NCBI GenBank assembly: GCA_965248925.1
Contig: CBDFLE010000005.1
Span: 1,664,001-1,728,000, forward strand
Length of the DNA: 64,000 bases
Origin: Candidatus Multivoradales bacterium
Lineage (GTDB): Bacteria; Acidobacteriota; Thermoanaerobaculia; Multivoradales; J023
Direction: 5' to 3'
The stretch's first letter is position 1; each line of letters begins with the position of its first letter. The position numbers were made by a program, and so were the translations under genes. Shown here piece after piece: positions 28,294-39,378 of this stretch. The notes below the pieces were generated by a model. The model ran no database searches. It was not told where the DNA came from and saw only the letters and a program-made list of their open reading frames with translations.

Positions 28294-29465
28294 GGAGACC
28301 TCGGGGTAGCCGGCTGCGGCCAGCAGCCTGTAGCGCAGTCCTGATGATCTTGACCAGCGGCTGTGGGTATTTCGAGCAACTGTTGGGCGAACTACCCTTG
28401 GAGGTCGATCCGCGCCGCATCTTTCTGGTCGCGAGGTCGCAATCCTTGGCCAACGGCCAAGCTGAGCCGATATTCGGTGCTGCCAGCGAGCTCTGGGGAT
28501 TCGACCCTTGTGCAGGCTCGGCGGACAAGTTTAGGGGCCGATTGCGGCTCGCTAGCCTGTTCACCGCTGAGCTACCGTCAGACCAAGGCTGGGTACCGGC
28601 CGAGTCGCCCCAAGCAACAATCCTGGTCCACTACCGCGACGGATCGCCAGTGCCGACCGCCTACGTCTATGCAGAAAAGATCGGTGCTGGCGGTGCAGCA
28701 ACCAACTCACACCCCTTCCTGGAGCGGCTGGACCAACGCCTCACTCTGCCAAACCTACCCGGTCTCAGAGAGCTGCATTTAGACACTGGAAGGTCAGCAA
28801 TCTCCACCGCGGTGCAGCCGATTCAACGGAGCGCAGAGAAGCCCGTCGAAGCCAGGCTGACGACTTCGACCAGGGACTCCTCAGCCAGCGGGCTGGCGCA
28901 ATCGAACGCACTGACTGTGCCATCGGACAGCAAGCAGGGGAGATTACCGCAGCCACCAACGGCCAACAACACGATCTCTACGCGGCCCAAGGATGGCAAC
29001 CAGCGACAGACCGACCAGGCCGACACCCTGGCAGTCGGCTACAGATCACGAAGAGGATCCTTCTCCGGCTGGAAGTGGATCGGGACCTGTGCGCCGTCCG
29101 GGCCCCTAGCGGACGCTTGGCTCGAGCCATCGACTCTGACGACGACAACGGCTGCCACCGACAGACCATTTCTGCGTTTGGCCAGGAGTGAAGGCCAATG
29201 GCGTTTGAGTCCTGGCGACGAGGCTCTACCCGCTCTGCAGGTCCTGGCGACCGTGACCATGCAAGGTCGACCCAACTACGGCATCAGGCTAGCGATGGTC
29301 TGTAGGATGGGCCCTGACTGTCAGGACGCGCCGACATTGGCCCGCCTGATCGGTTCGCTGCGAGCAACACCGAACTCCAGCAGCTTTGGTGACCGTGGTT
29401 GGCCACAGCGAGATCTGCAGGAACTAGCCACAGACGTGGGAATCGAGCTAGCGCCGATGCACTAG
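28290..29465 (+). CDS. Putative lipoprotein of unknown function
   Basis: ATGA overlap and GGAGG RBS; basic N-terminus, hydrophobic stretch and lipobox LTSG-C. Confidence 0.7.
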   Translation: MRRPRGSRLRPAACSAVLMILTSGCGYFEQLLGELPLEVDPRRIFLVARSQSLANGQAEPIFGAASELWGFDPCAGSADKFRGRLRLASLFTAELPSDQGWVPAESPQATILVHYRDGSPVPTAYVYAEKIGAGGAATNSHPFLERLDQRLTLPNLPGLRELHLDTGRSAISTAVQPIQRSAEKPVEARLTTSTRDSSASGLAQSNALTVPSDSKQGRLPQPPTANNTISTRPKDGNQRQTDQADTLAVGYRSRRGSFSGWKWIGTCAPSGPLADAWLEPSTLTTTTAATDRPFLRLARSEGQWRLSPGDEALPALQVLATVTMQGRPNYGIRLAMVCRMGPDCQDAPTLARLIGSLRATPNSSSFGDRGWPQRDLQELATDVGIELAPMH

Positions 29466-29511
29466 CCAAGCAACTCTCCAGATGCGGAGTCCATAGCGAC
29501 AAGCATGAAGG

Positions 29512-30066
29512 CTAGCCCAAGATGTCGCTACTCGAGATGCCGACACACAAGCCGACGATTCCCACTGCCAGACTGATCCATGACACCCATCTCTGGCGCC
29601 GCTGGGTCTCTGTCCGTTCTAGAACCATTGCCTTGAGCTGACGGCACAGCGGCTGCAGCAAGGCAGCGCTGTCAGGCATCTTCTCCTGTATTTGCAGTAG
29701 GTGAAAGCGAATTTCGTCCGGCAGGCCCTGGAAAGGTTCTTCGGTCTCTAACTCCCTAAGTGAGCACTTCAACTTGTGGACATAGCCCTCCGTGACCTCG
29801 TCGCTATCAATCCACGCATCGCTGAGGAGATCCTCGAGAGAAGTCTTGATACTGGTCAGAGAAACACGACGGGAACGACCGATTATCTGGATGTCTTCCA
29901 AGCTCAGGTCTTTCGTCTCCAGGGCTTTCTTTAGAGCCTCGCGAAAAAGACCGATTTCGTGTGGTCGATCTTTGCGTTCCTTGACCTCGGCCAAGAATGT
30001 GCCGAAGCCGACTGCTAGACCGAGTGCCAAGCCCAGTAAGATGGCAATAAAATATATTGTCTCCAT
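29512..30066 (-). CDS. Hypothetical membrane protein (N- and C-terminal TM, helical middle)
   Basis: 184-aa ORF with natural composition; hydrophobic termini YFIAILLGLALGLAVGFG and WISLAVGIVGLCVGI. Confidence 0.7.
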   Translation of the reverse strand: METIYFIAILLGLALGLAVGFGTFLAEVKERKDRPHEIGLFREALKKALETKDLSLEDIQIIGRSRRVSLTSIKTSLEDLLSDAWIDSDEVTEGYVHKLKCSLRELETEEPFQGLPDEIRFHLLQIQEKMPDSAALLQPLCRQLKAMVLERTETQRRQRWVSWISLAVGIVGLCVGISSSDILG

Positions 30067-30089
30067 GGTCTAGATCCCACTGCTGTGAG

Positions 30090-30836
30090 CTAGGAGGCGA
30101 ACTGGTCTCGGCCGCCTTGCATCAAAAAATTCAGAGAATAGTCAGCCGGATCGAACAACAGCTCTTTGTGCGGACGTAGCTGCCGACGAATGCCAGCAGT
30201 CAACGTCTCAGTGTCGAGGTCTCCCTTCTCGATCACATAAAGGATAACAACCCGACGCTGCCGACTAGTGTCACCAGCTGAGTACGGACCATCTTCGCAT
30301 TGGTGACCTTTGAACTGTCCCAGATTGACCACGTAGTAGTTCCGCTGTCGATCGTCTGGCCTCCCTTGCTGAGCCCACAGCTTGAGCATCTCCGCCCTAT
30401 TGCCGGCAAGTTCCTCGTTGCGGATCTTGGACCCCTCACACGAGGCCATACCGATCGAGACCACGTCCTTGGCCTTTGCCAACAGATGGCCGAGATGGGT
30501 CTTCAGATACTTGGATACGCTATGCGGCTGGCCGCCGGGATCGACGACCGCGTCGGCGCTATCCATCTCCCAGCGTAGCTCTTGAGTCAGGATCAAGACC
30601 TGGAAAACCAGCTCACCCTCCGCCAACTGGTAGACCCTATGATGCTTCCCGCTTTCCACCACCGTGAACGACTCCGACACAGATTGAAGTGGAACTGGAA
30701 TCGCCGATGACAAGTCGCTCCCAGCACCAGGCTGAATCGCACTCGCCACCAACGGTTGACCGACGATGGTAACTACTGCACCAGCGATTCCACTAATCAC
30801 AGCATTGACAATATTTGTAGTAGAGAAAGGTCGCAT
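30090..30836 (-). CDS. Membrane-anchored OmpA-like peptidoglycan-binding domain protein
   Basis: N-terminal hydrophobic anchor; SIGMASCEGSKIRNEELAGNRAEML...QRRVVIL matches the OmpA C-terminal G.AS..G....N..L...RA...RRV pattern. Confidence 0.65.
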   Translation of the reverse strand: MRPFSTTNIVNAVISGIAGAVVTIVGQPLVASAIQPGAGSDLSSAIPVPLQSVSESFTVVESGKHHRVYQLAEGELVFQVLILTQELRWEMDSADAVVDPGGQPHSVSKYLKTHLGHLLAKAKDVVSIGMASCEGSKIRNEELAGNRAEMLKLWAQQGRPDDRQRNYYVVNLGQFKGHQCEDGPYSAGDTSRQRRVVILYVIEKGDLDTETLTAGIRRQLRPHKELLFDPADYSLNFLMQGGRDQFAS

Positions 30837-31317
30837 GGCAGCAATGTGGTACCTCCGGCAAGAAATCTATGCTGCCCGGTAGCAGCACCGACCCCAAAAC
30901 CAGTCCTGGAAAAGAGAAAGTCGCTCCTCTAGGAAGAGCGAAATCCGCAGCTAAGAGGGATCAGAACGAACGGATGGAGTTCAGACAGAAGGGGAAACTG
31001 CATTCGCTGGCCAGGCGCCAACAGAAGGCCTTTCTAGCACCAAAAAAGTCGAACTCGTCGTTCGTTGCACTCGATCGACCCGAGTACAGACAAGACAACG
31101 CAGCGGTCTTCAACTACCTGGACGGACTCTGAAATCTTCGCCACTTGGCCATCGGCTACTTAGCCCGACGCAGTTCGGGGTTGCAACCTGGATCCCTTGG
31201 GGCAAAGAGCTATGAAGGCTGCTGCGCCCGCGGCACCGGGGCAGACTCAATCCTCGAAGGGTGTAGGTCGGCTGGTCGCGGGCTCAGCACCGCGGTGCAG
31301 CGCTTGCTCAAGAAGCG

Positions 31318-31500
31318 CTATTCGCCGAGCTGCTTCTGCACCCGCCCGAGGTTGAACTTAGCCTTCGGATCGTCTGGCTTGAAGGCAACCGCAGCGGCGA
31401 AGGACTCGGCGGCAGCGCGATAGTCATGACAAAGAGAGGCCTGGATACCGGCGGTCAGCAAGACGTCGAATTGGTCGTCAATCGAGACTTCCGCGGTCTT
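31318..31500 (-). pseudogene. Possible remnant encoding one TPR-like helix pair
   Basis: FDVLLTAGIQASLCHDYRAAAESFAAAVAFKPDDPKAKFNLGRV is TPR-like; the upstream part of the ORF does not look coding. Confidence 0.3.
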
Positions 31501-31988
31501 GGCGGCCGCCGAAGGCGGCACCGAGGGCCGATCAGGTCTGCCGTTGGCGCGGCGCCTCCCTGAATCACTTCCGGGGTCCAGCCTACTGTCAGCTCTTGGG
31601 TCCCCCCACCCGCAGCGCCGGAAAAACTTCGTGGCGAGCCGGCTCAGAACGGCGGCTGCTCGGACCCAGGACCTGGAGACCCGAGAGGCCGATCTGGCGT
31701 TCCCCCGGAATGGTGTTAAGCGCCCGCACTGAGATCTCACTGATCGGTTGATAGAGAATCGCTTCCAAGGAGCCTGTGAGCGTTGTCTTGCCGACCCGCC
31801 CTGTTGACTGGCCACTATTAAGGCAATTCCCACGTCTAAGTTTCTCCCTTCGGTCCCACGCCTGACCAAAGACGCATCGAGGCCCGATTCGACTTGAGCG
31901 ACCCGACGCATTCAATTACGCCCGTCGCCTGCCGAGCGGCTCATGGGGCAGCCTCCCAATCGCCGCTCCTGAAGTGAATTCGAGGTCG

Positions 31989-32861
31989 CTAAGGCCAGCG
32001 AAGACCGCTGCGAAGTTGACCGAGAAAGGACTTTGGAAAGCTCTCATCTCCGGGAAATCCAAGCTCGATATCGCGTCCATCGGAGGGTACGCAGGCGGTG
32101 CCAAACAGGTAGTCCCAGAGGCTGAGAGTCAAACCGTAGTTGATGCCATAAGACCGACCCTCAGGCAATCGCTTGACATGATGCCAAATGTGCATTTGCG
32201 GACTATTAAAAATATACTTCAACGGCCCGAGAGGCAGGCGTAGGTTCGAGTGATTGAAATGGCCCACCGCCAGAGTGAAGATGTGGACGATGAAAAAATC
32301 ATCGATACCGAAGCCAATCATCGCCAGAGGGATGTACTCCAGCGTGCGATAGACAACATTTTCCATCCAGTGATAGCGCAAGTGGGCGGCGAAGCCCATC
32401 TGCTCGACCGAGTGATGCACCTGGTGGAATCGCCACAGAAAGGGACTGCGATGCAGCAGTCTGTGGACATTCCACTGCACGAAATCGCGCACCAAAAACA
32501 GGATCAGCAACTGCACCCAAACCCCCCAGCCGCCAATCTCGATCGCCACCAGATTGCGGACTCCCAGCAGCGCCAGAAAATCGCTGAACAGACTGACCGC
32601 GACCTCAGCAGCCGCGTTGTAGATCACCAGCGAAAAGAGGAAGACATTAAAGAACATATAAAAGGCATCGAGCCAAAAATCCTTACGGAATCTGGCCTGC
32701 TGCTGGCGCCACGGCCGCGCCAGTTCGAGGCCAAAGAACAGCACCGAGATGGCGATCAGCCAGAGCAAGTAGTTCTTGGCGTGCAGCTGAGTGATCTCGC
32801 CCCAGAGGTAATGGGAATAGTCGCCATAGCCGGTAAGAAAAATTTGCCAGTACCTCTCCAC
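31989..32861 (-). CDS. Sterol desaturase / fatty acid hydroxylase superfamily membrane di-iron enzyme
   Basis: His boxes HRLLH, FHQVHHS, HFNHSN and HIWHH; NYG...WDYLFGT. Confidence 0.92.
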   Translation of the reverse strand: MERYWQIFLTGYGDYSHYLWGEITQLHAKNYLLWLIAISVLFFGLELARPWRQQQARFRKDFWLDAFYMFFNVFLFSLVIYNAAAEVAVSLFSDFLALLGVRNLVAIEIGGWGVWVQLLILFLVRDFVQWNVHRLLHRSPFLWRFHQVHHSVEQMGFAAHLRYHWMENVVYRTLEYIPLAMIGFGIDDFFIVHIFTLAVGHFNHSNLRLPLGPLKYIFNSPQMHIWHHVKRLPEGRSYGINYGLTLSLWDYLFGTACVPSDGRDIELGFPGDESFPKSFLGQLRSGLRWP

Positions 32862-32908
32862 GGCCTCTCCCTATTGGCGGCGAGAATTATCATTCAGCGG
32901 CCCTGTGA

Positions 32909-34039
32909 TCAGCGGTCGCCCTGCCGCGGTTCGAGATCGGCCAGCGCGAGGGTCTCCGCCAATACCGTGTCGCCCTCCAGATCGCGCACTTCTAGCTGCA
33001 CCGTGCCGGCAGACCAATCGATGGCGATGGCACCGTAGTTCTCGGCAAGATAAGTCGGCCCGAGGCGTTGGGGTCCGGGCTCCTCCTCGATGTCGTCGAC
33101 CACCAGATTCAAGGCACTGGAGGTGATTTCGTAGAGGGAGTAGTTGATGGCCTCGTCGTGGCGGTAGATGCCGGCCCGGTGGCGATCTCCAGAGAGCAAA
33201 ATCACCCCCCCGGCGCCGGATTCCTGCAGGACAGTGTAGAGACGCTGTCGTTCCGTCGGCAGGGTTCGCCAGGCTTCCCAACCATGGCCCTCGGCGAGCA
33301 CTTGGATAGACGAAACCAACAAACGCACCTCCGCTGGCTGCCGTAGCTGCTGCCGTAGCCAGGCCCACTGCGCGTCGCCCAGCATGGTCTTGGCGGGATC
33401 CTCGTCCGGAACGTAGCGCTCCCGGCCCGGCCCTCGCGGATCCGCCCGCCGCAGCGGTGAGCGGAAAAAGCGAGTGTCGAGGAGTATGATCTGCACCCGC
33501 CGCCCTTCGGGGCCAAGGATCGCCGAGTCATAGACCCCGGGACGCTGAGCACTGGCGGCGGCGCTCGGAATCTCCCAGAACTCTTCGAACAGCTGCTCCG
33601 CCCCTTCCCGGCTCGGAAAGTCGGCTCCGGCGTCATTGAGGCCGTAGTCGTGATCGTCCCACACCGCCATCACCGGAGTGGACTGCCGCAGCGCGCTCAG
33701 CTCTGCGGATTGCCCCTGCTGGGCGTAGGCTTGGCGCAGGGGATTCAGGTCGTCGAGCTGGTCGCGATCAACATCTCCGTAAACATTGTCGCCGAGAAAA
33801 AGGAAGAGCTGAAAAGCCTCTTCGCTCACCGTCTCGAGAATCGGCTGAGGAAAACCCTGATGCAGGCAAGAGCCGAAGCCGATGTGGGTTAGCTCCGCAG
33901 AAGCATCAACCGACGGCGGCGCCGCCAGGTCTCCTTCGGGATCGGCATCGGGACCGGCGGTGGAAACACAGCCGATCAAGGAGACGAGACACAGAACGCT
34001 CAACCAGGACCAAGCCACTTGGGCACCGCTGTATTGCAT
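32909..34039 (-). CDS. phoD: PhoD-family alkaline phosphatase (lipoprotein)
   Basis: FGSC, LGDNVYGD, WDDHDYG, LDTR, LGDAQWAWL and LSGDRH; lipobox LIGC. Confidence 0.9.
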   Translation of the reverse strand: MQYSGAQVAWSWLSVLCLVSLIGCVSTAGPDADPEGDLAAPPSVDASAELTHIGFGSCLHQGFPQPILETVSEEAFQLFLFLGDNVYGDVDRDQLDDLNPLRQAYAQQGQSAELSALRQSTPVMAVWDDHDYGLNDAGADFPSREGAEQLFEEFWEIPSAAASAQRPGVYDSAILGPEGRRVQIILLDTRFFRSPLRRADPRGPGRERYVPDEDPAKTMLGDAQWAWLRQQLRQPAEVRLLVSSIQVLAEGHGWEAWRTLPTERQRLYTVLQESGAGGVILLSGDRHRAGIYRHDEAINYSLYEITSSALNLVVDDIEEEPGPQRLGPTYLAENYGAIAIDWSAGTVQLEVRDLEGDTVLAETLALADLEPRQGDR

Positions 34040-34120
34040 GGCCCTATTGTAGCGCCGGGTCCTGCCTCAACGCAAAATTGCTCCCCGCCTTCTCTACTCC
34101 GGCGATTCACCGGTCAGCCA

Positions 34121-35791
34121 TCACTCGACTCTGCCCGATCCCAATGCGGTCGGGTTGTCGAGATCCAGCGGCGCCAGCTCCGGTTCAGTATCCGGATCGA
34201 AGACCCACAGCCTGCGGCCGGCAAAGAGAGTCAGTAGCGAGGCAGTGGAATCTGTCCCAAGATCCGCCGCCCACAACACCGGCGCCTGCAAATCCTGGAA
34301 ATTGTAGACCGCTGCTGATTTGGGATTTACCAGAATCAGATGCTCACCACCCTGTGCTTGCAGCTGACGGGTTATCCGCGCCTGACGCATGAAATACTCG
34401 CCCGGATGATGGCGCAAGGCCGGCAGCTGGAGGGCGAAGGAAGCGACCTCGATCAACAGAGCCGCGCCGAGCAATGCCCACCCCTGGCGAAACCAAGTCG
34501 GTGGCCGCAAGCTGAGGTTGCGCAACGCGGCCAACCCGAGAATCATCAGCGGCGCGGCCATCGGTGCCGAGTAGTGCGGAAAATAGAAATGGACGATCGC
34601 GTGACTGCCACCTACCAACAGAGACGAAACTACTAGCAGGCGGTAGCGCCGCGTCGCCCACAGCCGCGGCAAGCTGAGCAAGATAGCCAGCAGCAAGGCC
34701 GGCCCGAGCAAGAAATACCCGGCTTTCATTGCTCGCTTATAGAGGTAGAGCGCCGACTGTCGCCACCAGCCGCGGCGCTCCGCCGCCGGAACCTCCACAT
34801 CTACCCACGACATGCGGTGTTCGCTGCGGATCCAGCGCTGCCAGACGAACTCACCAGCCACCGGCCGATCCTGCTCGTACTGCTGGTGGGCAAAGCGGGT
34901 CACGGAACCAGTGGTGCGGAAGTTGTAGTAACCGAGAAAGACCAACGTCGCCGCCCCGACCAGAGCCAACGGAAGCCCTGCTCGCAAACCCGCCGCGGCG
35001 TTGCTCACCGTCCTCCTCCACCACCAGAAAACCAACCAGATCAACAGCGGCAGCGCAACCCAGAAGCCCTCCCACGGCCGGGTGACGGCGAGTATCGCCA
35101 AGCCACCTGCCAGGGCCGGCAAATTGCGCACCGTGCCACCCTGTGGTGAGGAGCAGAAGTGCCGACCCAATCCGCCGAACACCAAGGCACCACCGATGGC
35201 GGCCACCGAACCACCCCAATAACTGTTGTTCCAATAGCTGCCGACCGCCAAGCGCAACAAGACCAGCACCGCGGCCAGCAGGGCCCAGCGCCGCGGCAAC
35301 CAACCGCGCACGCACCAAGTCATGGAGGCGGCCAACAGACCCGCTGAGATCATCAACGCGATTCCCGGATGGCCGAGTCCAAAGCCGAGCGCCAACATCA
35401 AGCCCTGGCCGGGAGGGTACTTGCCGGCATAGACCGGAGTCGCCAGCACCTGCTCCGGCACCAGAGCCAAGTGAGGGGCAGGCGGGTTGACCAGCTGGCC
35501 ACTCGCGAAGGTTTCTCCCATCACCAGATATGCAGCGGCGTCATCCGTGCCGAGCACCGGAAAACCATAAAAAGCAGTGATCAGCGCACAACCGATAAAG
35601 CCGATTACGCCGGCCAACACCACCAACTTGGTATCCGACCGCAGCCGGCCAGCCACGGAGGTCAGCAGAGAGAGCGGCAACCGCGACGACCGTCCGCCGC
35701 GGATCGTAGAGACGATCACCAACACGGCGAGCAAAGTGCACTCGACAAGCGGCACCAAGCCGCTCGGGAAGGTAGCACTTGGATTCTCCAT
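34121..35791 (-). CDS. Polytopic membrane protein, GT-C glycosyltransferase-like
   Basis: About 12 TM segments; DDAAAY after the first helices; KYPPG and TRPWE motifs typical of ArnT/PMT-like proteins. Confidence 0.65.
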   Translation of the reverse strand: MENPSATFPSGLVPLVECTLLAVLVIVSTIRGGRSSRLPLSLLTSVAGRLRSDTKLVVLAGVIGFIGCALITAFYGFPVLGTDDAAAYLVMGETFASGQLVNPPAPHLALVPEQVLATPVYAGKYPPGQGLMLALGFGLGHPGIALMISAGLLAASMTWCVRGWLPRRWALLAAVLVLLRLAVGSYWNNSYWGGSVAAIGGALVFGGLGRHFCSSPQGGTVRNLPALAGGLAILAVTRPWEGFWVALPLLIWLVFWWWRRTVSNAAAGLRAGLPLALVGAATLVFLGYYNFRTTGSVTRFAHQQYEQDRPVAGEFVWQRWIRSEHRMSWVDVEVPAAERRGWWRQSALYLYKRAMKAGYFLLGPALLLAILLSLPRLWATRRYRLLVVSSLLVGGSHAIVHFYFPHYSAPMAAPLMILGLAALRNLSLRPPTWFRQGWALLGAALLIEVASFALQLPALRHHPGEYFMRQARITRQLQAQGGEHLILVNPKSAAVYNFQDLQAPVLWAADLGTDSTASLLTLFAGRRLWVFDPDTEPELAPLDLDNPTALGSGRVE

Positions 35792-35929
35792 CTTGAGAGC
35801 TTAGCTCACTGCGAAGCGAGAGACGCTGCGAGGCCTCGGGCCAGCAGCAAACCGGCCTGCACATCATTCGCGGGCAGATCGGTGAAAGCGGCTGCCAAGA
35901 CAGAGGACTCCAAGACAGCGCCGGGCTGG

Positions 35930-38900
35930 CTAGCCACCGCTACTCAGATCGAGCAGGTCGTGGACGGTCTCGAGGGCCGCTGCGACCGAGTCTTCGAGCC
36001 GCAGGTCGAAGCGGGCTTCGAGCTCACCGATCAACTCGACACGAGTCAGGGAATCAACACCAAGATCGGCCAACCGATCTTCGCCGCGGAGCAAGTCGGC
36101 ACGGCTGTGGGTGAGGCGGGCAAGACACTCGATGACTACAGCTTCGGCCGCACTTCGTTCTTCGGCCATGGGCGGCGGTGACGGTGCAACCTGGCTGCTA
36201 CCCCGCTCCCCAGCCAGCAGCGCGGCACGTAGCACCGCCCGTTTGACCTTCATGGTGGTGGTCTTGGGCAGCTCTCCGCGCCAAAACTCGATGCCGGCGA
36301 TCTGCTGGTAGCTCGGAATCTCGCTGGAGCGGGTCGCGATGGCCGCCCGAATACCATCCTCACTGGCACCAACCGCGGCCACCACCAGAGCGGTCAGCCG
36401 CTCGCCGCCAGCAGCGCCTGGAAGGCCCAAAATTACTAATTCGGCAACTCCTGGCAACTCGCGATAGCGCGCTTCGACCTCTTCGGGGTAGATATTCTTG
36501 CCAGCGCTGGTGACGATGACATCCTTGCTGCGGCCCGAGATGTGGAGGTAGCCATCGTCATCGAAGAAACCGATATCGCCGGTGTTCAGCCAATCACCAT
36601 CCATCACTTCGGAGGTAGCCTCGGGGTTCTGGTAGTAACCGGCCATAACGTTGGCGCCGCGTACCCACACTTCGCCAGCGCCAGGTGCCACCCCAATAGC
36701 ATCCTCAGCGGGCGGGCGCAGCACGATCTCGACCCCTGGCAAGCGCTGACCGACCGAGCCAAAACGGATGCTGTCCCACGGATTGACGGTCAGCACCGGG
36801 CTAGTCTCGGTCATGCCATAGCCCTCGGCGACTTTGAAGCCCATCAGCTGGAAACTGCGGCCAAGACTAGGTTCGAGAGCCGAGCCGCCACTGGCGATGC
36901 GGCGCAGAGAACCACCGAATCGCCGGTGTACTTTGGCAAAAATCCGATGACCGTTCGCTCCATTCTGGCGTCGGCTCAGAGCGAAGAGGACTTTGAAGAT
37001 CAGCTTCAATACCGGGCCGCCGGCGTCCACGCTCTGGCGGATTCCGCCGTGCAGCAACTCCAGCAGGCGTGGCACAGCGACCAAGACTGTCGGCTGAGTA
37101 GTGTTCATCATCCAACTGATCTCGGCCGGCTTGATCTCCGCCACATAGCTGATGGTGCTGCCCCCAGCCAGCGGCACCAACAACCCAACCATCTGCTCGA
37201 ACACATGATGGATCGGCAACACCGACAGTAGGCGTTCGCGGGTCAGCTGCATCAGCGGCAGCAGATCGCGTACGTTTGCCAGGTAGTTGCCATGGGTCAG
37301 CGGCACTGCTTTGGGCGCCAGGGTGGTGCCGCTGGTGAAGATGATGCTGGCCAGATCACCAGCCTCGCCAACCACTGGCAACGATGCAGCGCCAGCAAGC
37401 GGTCCAACATCCGGCTCGGGCACAAAAGGGGCCGCCAGGGTGACCACCGGGCAGCCAGGCTGCACCGACCCATCCGCGAGGCTCGCCACCAGACCTGGCG
37501 CGGCACAGATCAACTTGGCCCCGACCAGCCGCGCCGCTTGCACCATTTCCACTGCCGGCCACTGTGGATCAATCGGCACGGTGGTGGCCCCCAGGCGGTG
37601 GGTGGCGAAGGTCGTCAGAACCCACTCGGGACAGCCGCTCGACCACAACACCAATCGATCGCCAGGTCCGATACCGAGGTCGTTCAGCCGCAGCGCCACG
37701 TTGGCGCAAGCCTCGAGGGCCTGCCGATAGTTGTAGCGCAGCCACTGCCCTTGGCGATGGATTTGAAAAGCCATCACCCGCGGATAGACCTCGGCGGTGG
37801 CGGCAAAGAGTTCGAACAAAGTGCTGGCTGAAGCTGCATGCCCGACCGCCCGAGCGATGATCTCAGTCGCCGACTGCCGGGGCTCTAGCTCGACCTTGGG
37901 CGCCCCGCTAGCAGCTCGCAAGGCAAAACGCACCAAACCTGGAATGTGAACCTCGGCAATGTAGGAATGCCAGTCGAGAGCAGCTATATCGAAAGGAAAC
38001 ACAGCTTGATCGGCAGCCGACAACCGCTGCCACAGCTGCTGGGTGCGGGCATCGTCGTAACCAGCACCGGGGCCCAGGTAAGGCCGGTAGACCGCCAACA
38101 AGTGGATCAGGTGGTCGAGCGCCCGCTCACCACTGGCCAACGCCAGCCGATTCGGCGAAGTGCGCCGACGCGGCACCCAGCGGGCCAAACGCCGCAGTCG
38201 CCGACGACGCTTGATGAGCCTCTGGCGGTAGACCTCCGGCGCAGTGAAACGAGCCTCGCCAGGTACGATGGGCTGGCCGTCTTGATCGCGCAGCGGCACA
38301 CGGGCGAATCCTTGCCGAGCGTGAGCCATCAAAACACCCAGAGTGATCGGATTGCGTCGCGAGCCCAGCTGGTAGACCGGAATCTCAGCATCCGCCGCCG
38401 CCTCATCGAGCCGTCGCGGCAAGGCGGATAGGGCGGCAATCAGGGCATTGACTATGAAATCGACCGGGATCATCTCCAGCGCCACGTCCGCACTGCCGGG
38501 GAACTCCTCCGTCCGACCGCGACCATAGGCCACTAACAACGGATCCGACACCCGCACCGCTTCAATCCAGCCGGGAATCGGCTCGGTGCAGCGCTCTCGA
38601 CAATCGCTGGCCGCAAAATGGCCAGCGGCACGGCCCCCTGGTGGCGCACCAGCAGACGTTCGCCAAGCGCTTTGGTCAGGGTGTAGATGTCGTTGAAAGC
38701 AAAACACTTAGCTTGCTCCGAGCCGGCCGCCACCCAAGCACTGTCAGCAGTCTCCCCGCGCTGGCGCAGGGTCAAGCACGCTGCTTCGAGAGCGGCCAGG
38801 GCGGAATCGAGGTCGAGTGCCTCTGCGCCTACCGCCCGCTCCTCGATGAGACCTTCGCGACGGCCACTGACAAAGCAGGTCGAGACTTGCAGCAGTGGCA

Positions 38901-39378
38901 CGTCGCCAGCCGCGCGAGCCAGCTCCAGCGTGCGCGAAGTTCCGCGAACGTTGATCGCCAGCGAACGATCGAGGCGCTCGTCGAAAGTCACCGTGGCAGC
39001 ACTGGCCACCACCCGGTCAACCCGCTGACAAAGCTCGGCGTAGGCCCGCGGATCGAGGCCAAATCGGTCTTGGTCGAGATCGCCAGCCAAAGCAGTGATC
39101 TTGGCCGCGGCGAAGGTTGGCCAATGCTCGTCATAGCGGGCCCGCAGCCGAGCCATGATCGGCGCCGCCAGAATCTCCTCTTGCAAGCGCTGCTGCGCGT
39201 CGCGATCCTGAGAAGACCGGATCAAAAGAATCAGCTGTGACACCCCCGGCACCGACCACAGCAGCTTCTCCACCAGGACTTTGCCGAGAAAGCCGGTGGC
39301 GCCGGTGATGAAGAGGCACTGGCCGTCGAGTGACGAGGCGATTGCCATCGATCTCGGCGCTGCTGTCGCTGATTTCAC
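35930..39378 (-). CDS. Fatty acyl reductase - acyl-CoA synthetase - ACP multidomain enzyme (ElbD-like), frameshifted near 38588
   Basis: AAGGAG plus GTG 39378; ITGATGFLGK and YTLTK (extended SDR). LRPAIVES continues as EPIPGWIE in another frame. FTSGTT, GYGMTE, TGD and GRSKD (AMP-binding); LGVDSL (ACP). Confidence 0.88.

Noticed and set aside
30869-31915. Short ORFs between the OmpA-like and desaturase genes
   Set aside because: No RBS or motif support apart from a short TPR-like tail; probably a degraded region.
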